From the human T2T-CHM13v2.0 reference genome, Homo sapiens, in NCBI RefSeq assembly GCF_009914755.1, contig NC_060940.1: a stretch of 64,000 bases of DNA, one strand, 5' to 3'. The notes under the pieces were generated by a model, which was given only the letters and a program-made list of their open reading frames with translations, did no database searches and was not told the DNA's origin. Below are positions 60,257 through 64,000 of this stretch, piece by piece. Positions within the stretch are counted from its first letter, which is position 1. Each line of letters starts with the position of its first letter. Position numbers and translations under genes: made by a program.

Positions 60257-61229
60257 TCAAATAAGAAATGGTGTTTAACTTTCTTTGAGTTGTATTTGTA
60301 TAAATGTGTTATTAATATGTGTCCCAAAATTGGAGGAAATTCCTAAATGTCTGATATGTCTTGGTATATGCAGTTAATTGCTTTATTCTGATTCTTTTTC
60401 CTAAAAGCTTTTTGCAAACCCTAAAGTGTGGTGTCTTCGAGGAAATTCATGGAAAGGACCCTGACAAGTCATCTTGAATAACAGGTTTCTGATAACTTTG
60501 GAGATGATACCATTAGGCTAGTAGAAACGTCCAGGGCTCTTAATTAGCTGATGTGTTTATGAGGATTGCTAACCCAACATCAAGCAGAACAAGAATTACT
60601 CACATGGGTCTGAAATAATAAAGGACTGAAATCATTTTTATGACTTTTTGTTTGAACCATTGTTGTTTCTTTTTATGTTTTGTTTTTCAGAGTCAAAGAA
60701 ATTTTTTTCTTTCTTTTGAGCTATTTATATCTACAGCAATTGGGCAAAGTATACACTTGTGAGCAAAATGGAGACATTTACATTTCCCTCTAATTTCTCC
60801 ATAATTTGGAAACTATTCATGAATATTCTTATTTTATTATAATATAGTTATTAACATACATTCACTAAGAATACGTTTTCTTTTGCCACTGGACACATTG
60901 GAAATACTTATTATGCCAAGGTTTTGACTAGAATGGTGTATTTTTAGATATGACCATTCTGCTTTGAGGAATTGAGGTTGACTTAATAGAGCCAATAAAA
61001 GGTCCTCTGGAAAGACTGGCCTAGTTCCTTGTCTTATGGTTCCCTTGCAAGATTCCTGACCTGTGATAAATAAAGAATGACACTTTCTAGCAGGTCCAGG
61101 AACCTCAAGATATTTTGGGACCTCAAGAAGAAAAGAATTCACCCAATTCATACAGGTAGTTTAGGCACATTTTGATGACGAATCTGTGACTTGGCTTCCT
61201 AAATCCAGACCTTTAAAAGTCTAATTCAA

Positions 61230-61410
61230 GTCTTTGCTATTGTGAATAGTGCTGCAATAAACATATGTGTGCATGTGTCTTTATAGCAGCATGTTTTGCA
61301 ATCCTTTGGGTATATACCCAGTAATGGGATGGCTGGGTCAAATGGTATGTAACAAACCTGCACGTTGTGCACATGTACCCTAAAACTTAAAGTATAATTT
61401 AAAAAAAAAA
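61230..61410 (+). mobile_element. Tiny 5'-inverted L1PA insertion (twin priming)
   Basis: Antisense ORF2-end piece, then sense 3' end and A-tail; TSD aaaagtctaattcaa at a TT|AAAA site. Confidence 0.92.
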
Positions 61411-61879
61411 GTCTAATTCAAAATTCCTTATGTAAGTTCCAGCAAAGCCAACTTAAAAAGAGTCTATGTGGTCAATCGCTAGTCTTGCTCCACCTTATGC
61501 AAATAATCGGGCCAAGTACAGTAAGGCTAAAATTTATTTTGCAAATAAACTGGGTCTTACTGTGATTTTTCTTTGGTAGAAAAGGGGAATTGGAGACAGA
61601 AAAACTATCTTTCAGAAGAAAACTATAACACACCTGTTATTAGATTCCAGCCTTGACAGTTGTTTCTGAGCTTTTATTATTTGCCTACAATTTGGACTGA
61701 ATGCTGAATTATTTCCTGGCTACAACAAGTCTCTAAAGGAGAACTGGGTTTTAATTTTCTTCGTGATGTTTTTAGTTTGCTCCCTGATAGAATAGGTTCT
61801 CTGTTTTTTGTTTTTGTTTTTTTTTCATTCTGGCATACAAATTCTCTTTTTGATTGTAGTATTTGTGTGCATTATATTT

Positions 61880-62240
<361 letters not shown>

Positions 62241-62693
62241 TGAGAAAACCAAAATCGTGGTATTCCAAAGACTAGAGATTATTCAACAAAGGCTGTGAAT
62301 CTCCCTCCTTTGGAATCCTACTGGGCCCAATCTATTTCCCATTGCCAATGCACTGCTGATAAATCTATACCATACCAAGCGTCTTCTCTCCAGACCCAGG
62401 GACTACCTCAGGAGAGGTGGGTGAGTGAGATTGTCAGGGCAGGTTTCCAGGGGTGGAGCGTAAGAAAACAGCCTGTTGCATGGCAAGAGCGACGCCATCT
62501 GGAAGTGAAACCTCCATGATAACTGATGTTTGACTCCTGCAGCAAGGTCTTTAAGCAATGCCTGTGGCATAGATGACCCTCGTCAAGATGCTTATCTAAC
62601 CTCCCTAGTGATGATGAGTTTTGCAAGAAAGCCTGAGGTGTGACCAGCTATGCATGTTTTACCCTAAAGGCTTGCTAGATAAAGGATATTTTC

Positions 62694-62987
<294 letters not shown>

Positions 62988-63568
62988 GGAATATTTTCTG
63001 GAGGGTGGGTGTGGGGAGCTACTGTCTCTCAGCCACCAGACATACCACTTCTGTTACTAAGTTCCTATTAAATTTCTTTTTCAAAGAAGCCAGATTTGTG
63101 AGCCTCATTCTTGGGCCTCTCGGCTCCCTCAGCCTTTGGGGATAGGTTTGCATAGATCTGCTCATTGCAGAACACGCTTCCTCTTCTGTCCTCCCTTGAC
63201 ATACAATTATCCAGCTCTGCTAGAGATGGAAGCAGGAATTTAGGGATCACAGAGTCCACCACCCTCAGTTTCCAGATACAGAAACCATGGCCCAGGGAGG
63301 GCCTTGGGTGACTTGAGATCTCATCATGAGTCAGATATTAAGCTGAAGTTAGGACCCACATCCTCCACCTTATAACTAGAAGAAGGTATGAGGGAATGAG
63401 GTCCCTACAGTCCCTGCCTACAGAAAATAATAACAGCTAATGTTTATTGAGAACGTACTATGTGCCAGGTGCTACTGAAATGTCCATATGTCTAATTCTC
63501 ATAATAACTATATGAAAGAGGTACTGTTATTATGCCCATTTTTGAATGGAGAAACAGAAGTACAGTGA

Positions 63569-63913
<345 letters not shown>

Positions 63914-64000
63914 CTAGAGTCCCCACTTTCAATCATATTTGGAGGAATGTAACTTGTAGGAAGGATTTTATCTGTTCTATTGCACTCCAGACAGTAAAAC

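Overview
Primate (human-like), Alu-dense genomic DNA that is almost entirely intronic. The only protein-coding sequence I can support is a 48-nt, phase-1/phase-1 exon on the minus strand (33588-33635). It encodes GEKCRSFIDLAPASEK, which I recognise as part of GSG1L, a claudin-fold AMPA-receptor auxiliary subunit; it is most likely exon 2. On that reading, 33636-64000 is the upstream intron and 1-33587 the downstream intron. The rest is layered transposon debris: roughly 50 Alus, nested L1s, MaLR LTRs, MIR/L2, DNA transposons and a complete but decayed two-LTR ERV1 provirus at 54325-63174. Most ORFs in the supplied track are Alu, L1 or microsatellite artefacts. The most unusual signal is a cluster of locally templated rearrangements between about 3.2 and 13.3 kb. 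(i) An inversion splits a MADE1 element, leaves ~480-bp inverted repeats and carries a ~104-bp insert copied from 2.7 kb upstream. (ii) A fold-back duplication makes a ~135-bp-stem hairpin. (iii) An inverted 207-bp Alu copy sits next to a 14-nt piece copied from 1.2 kb away. All have microhomology at one or more junctions and similar (~2-3%, hand-counted) divergence, which suggests one multi-jump replication-repair episode or a template-switch hotspot. A second theme is candidate cryptic, poison and recursive-splice exons on the GSG1L sense strand, one next to a long UG-rich tract. Repeat subfamily names come from recall of consensus sequences and repeat boundaries are approximate. I ran no searches, and novelty is unverified.
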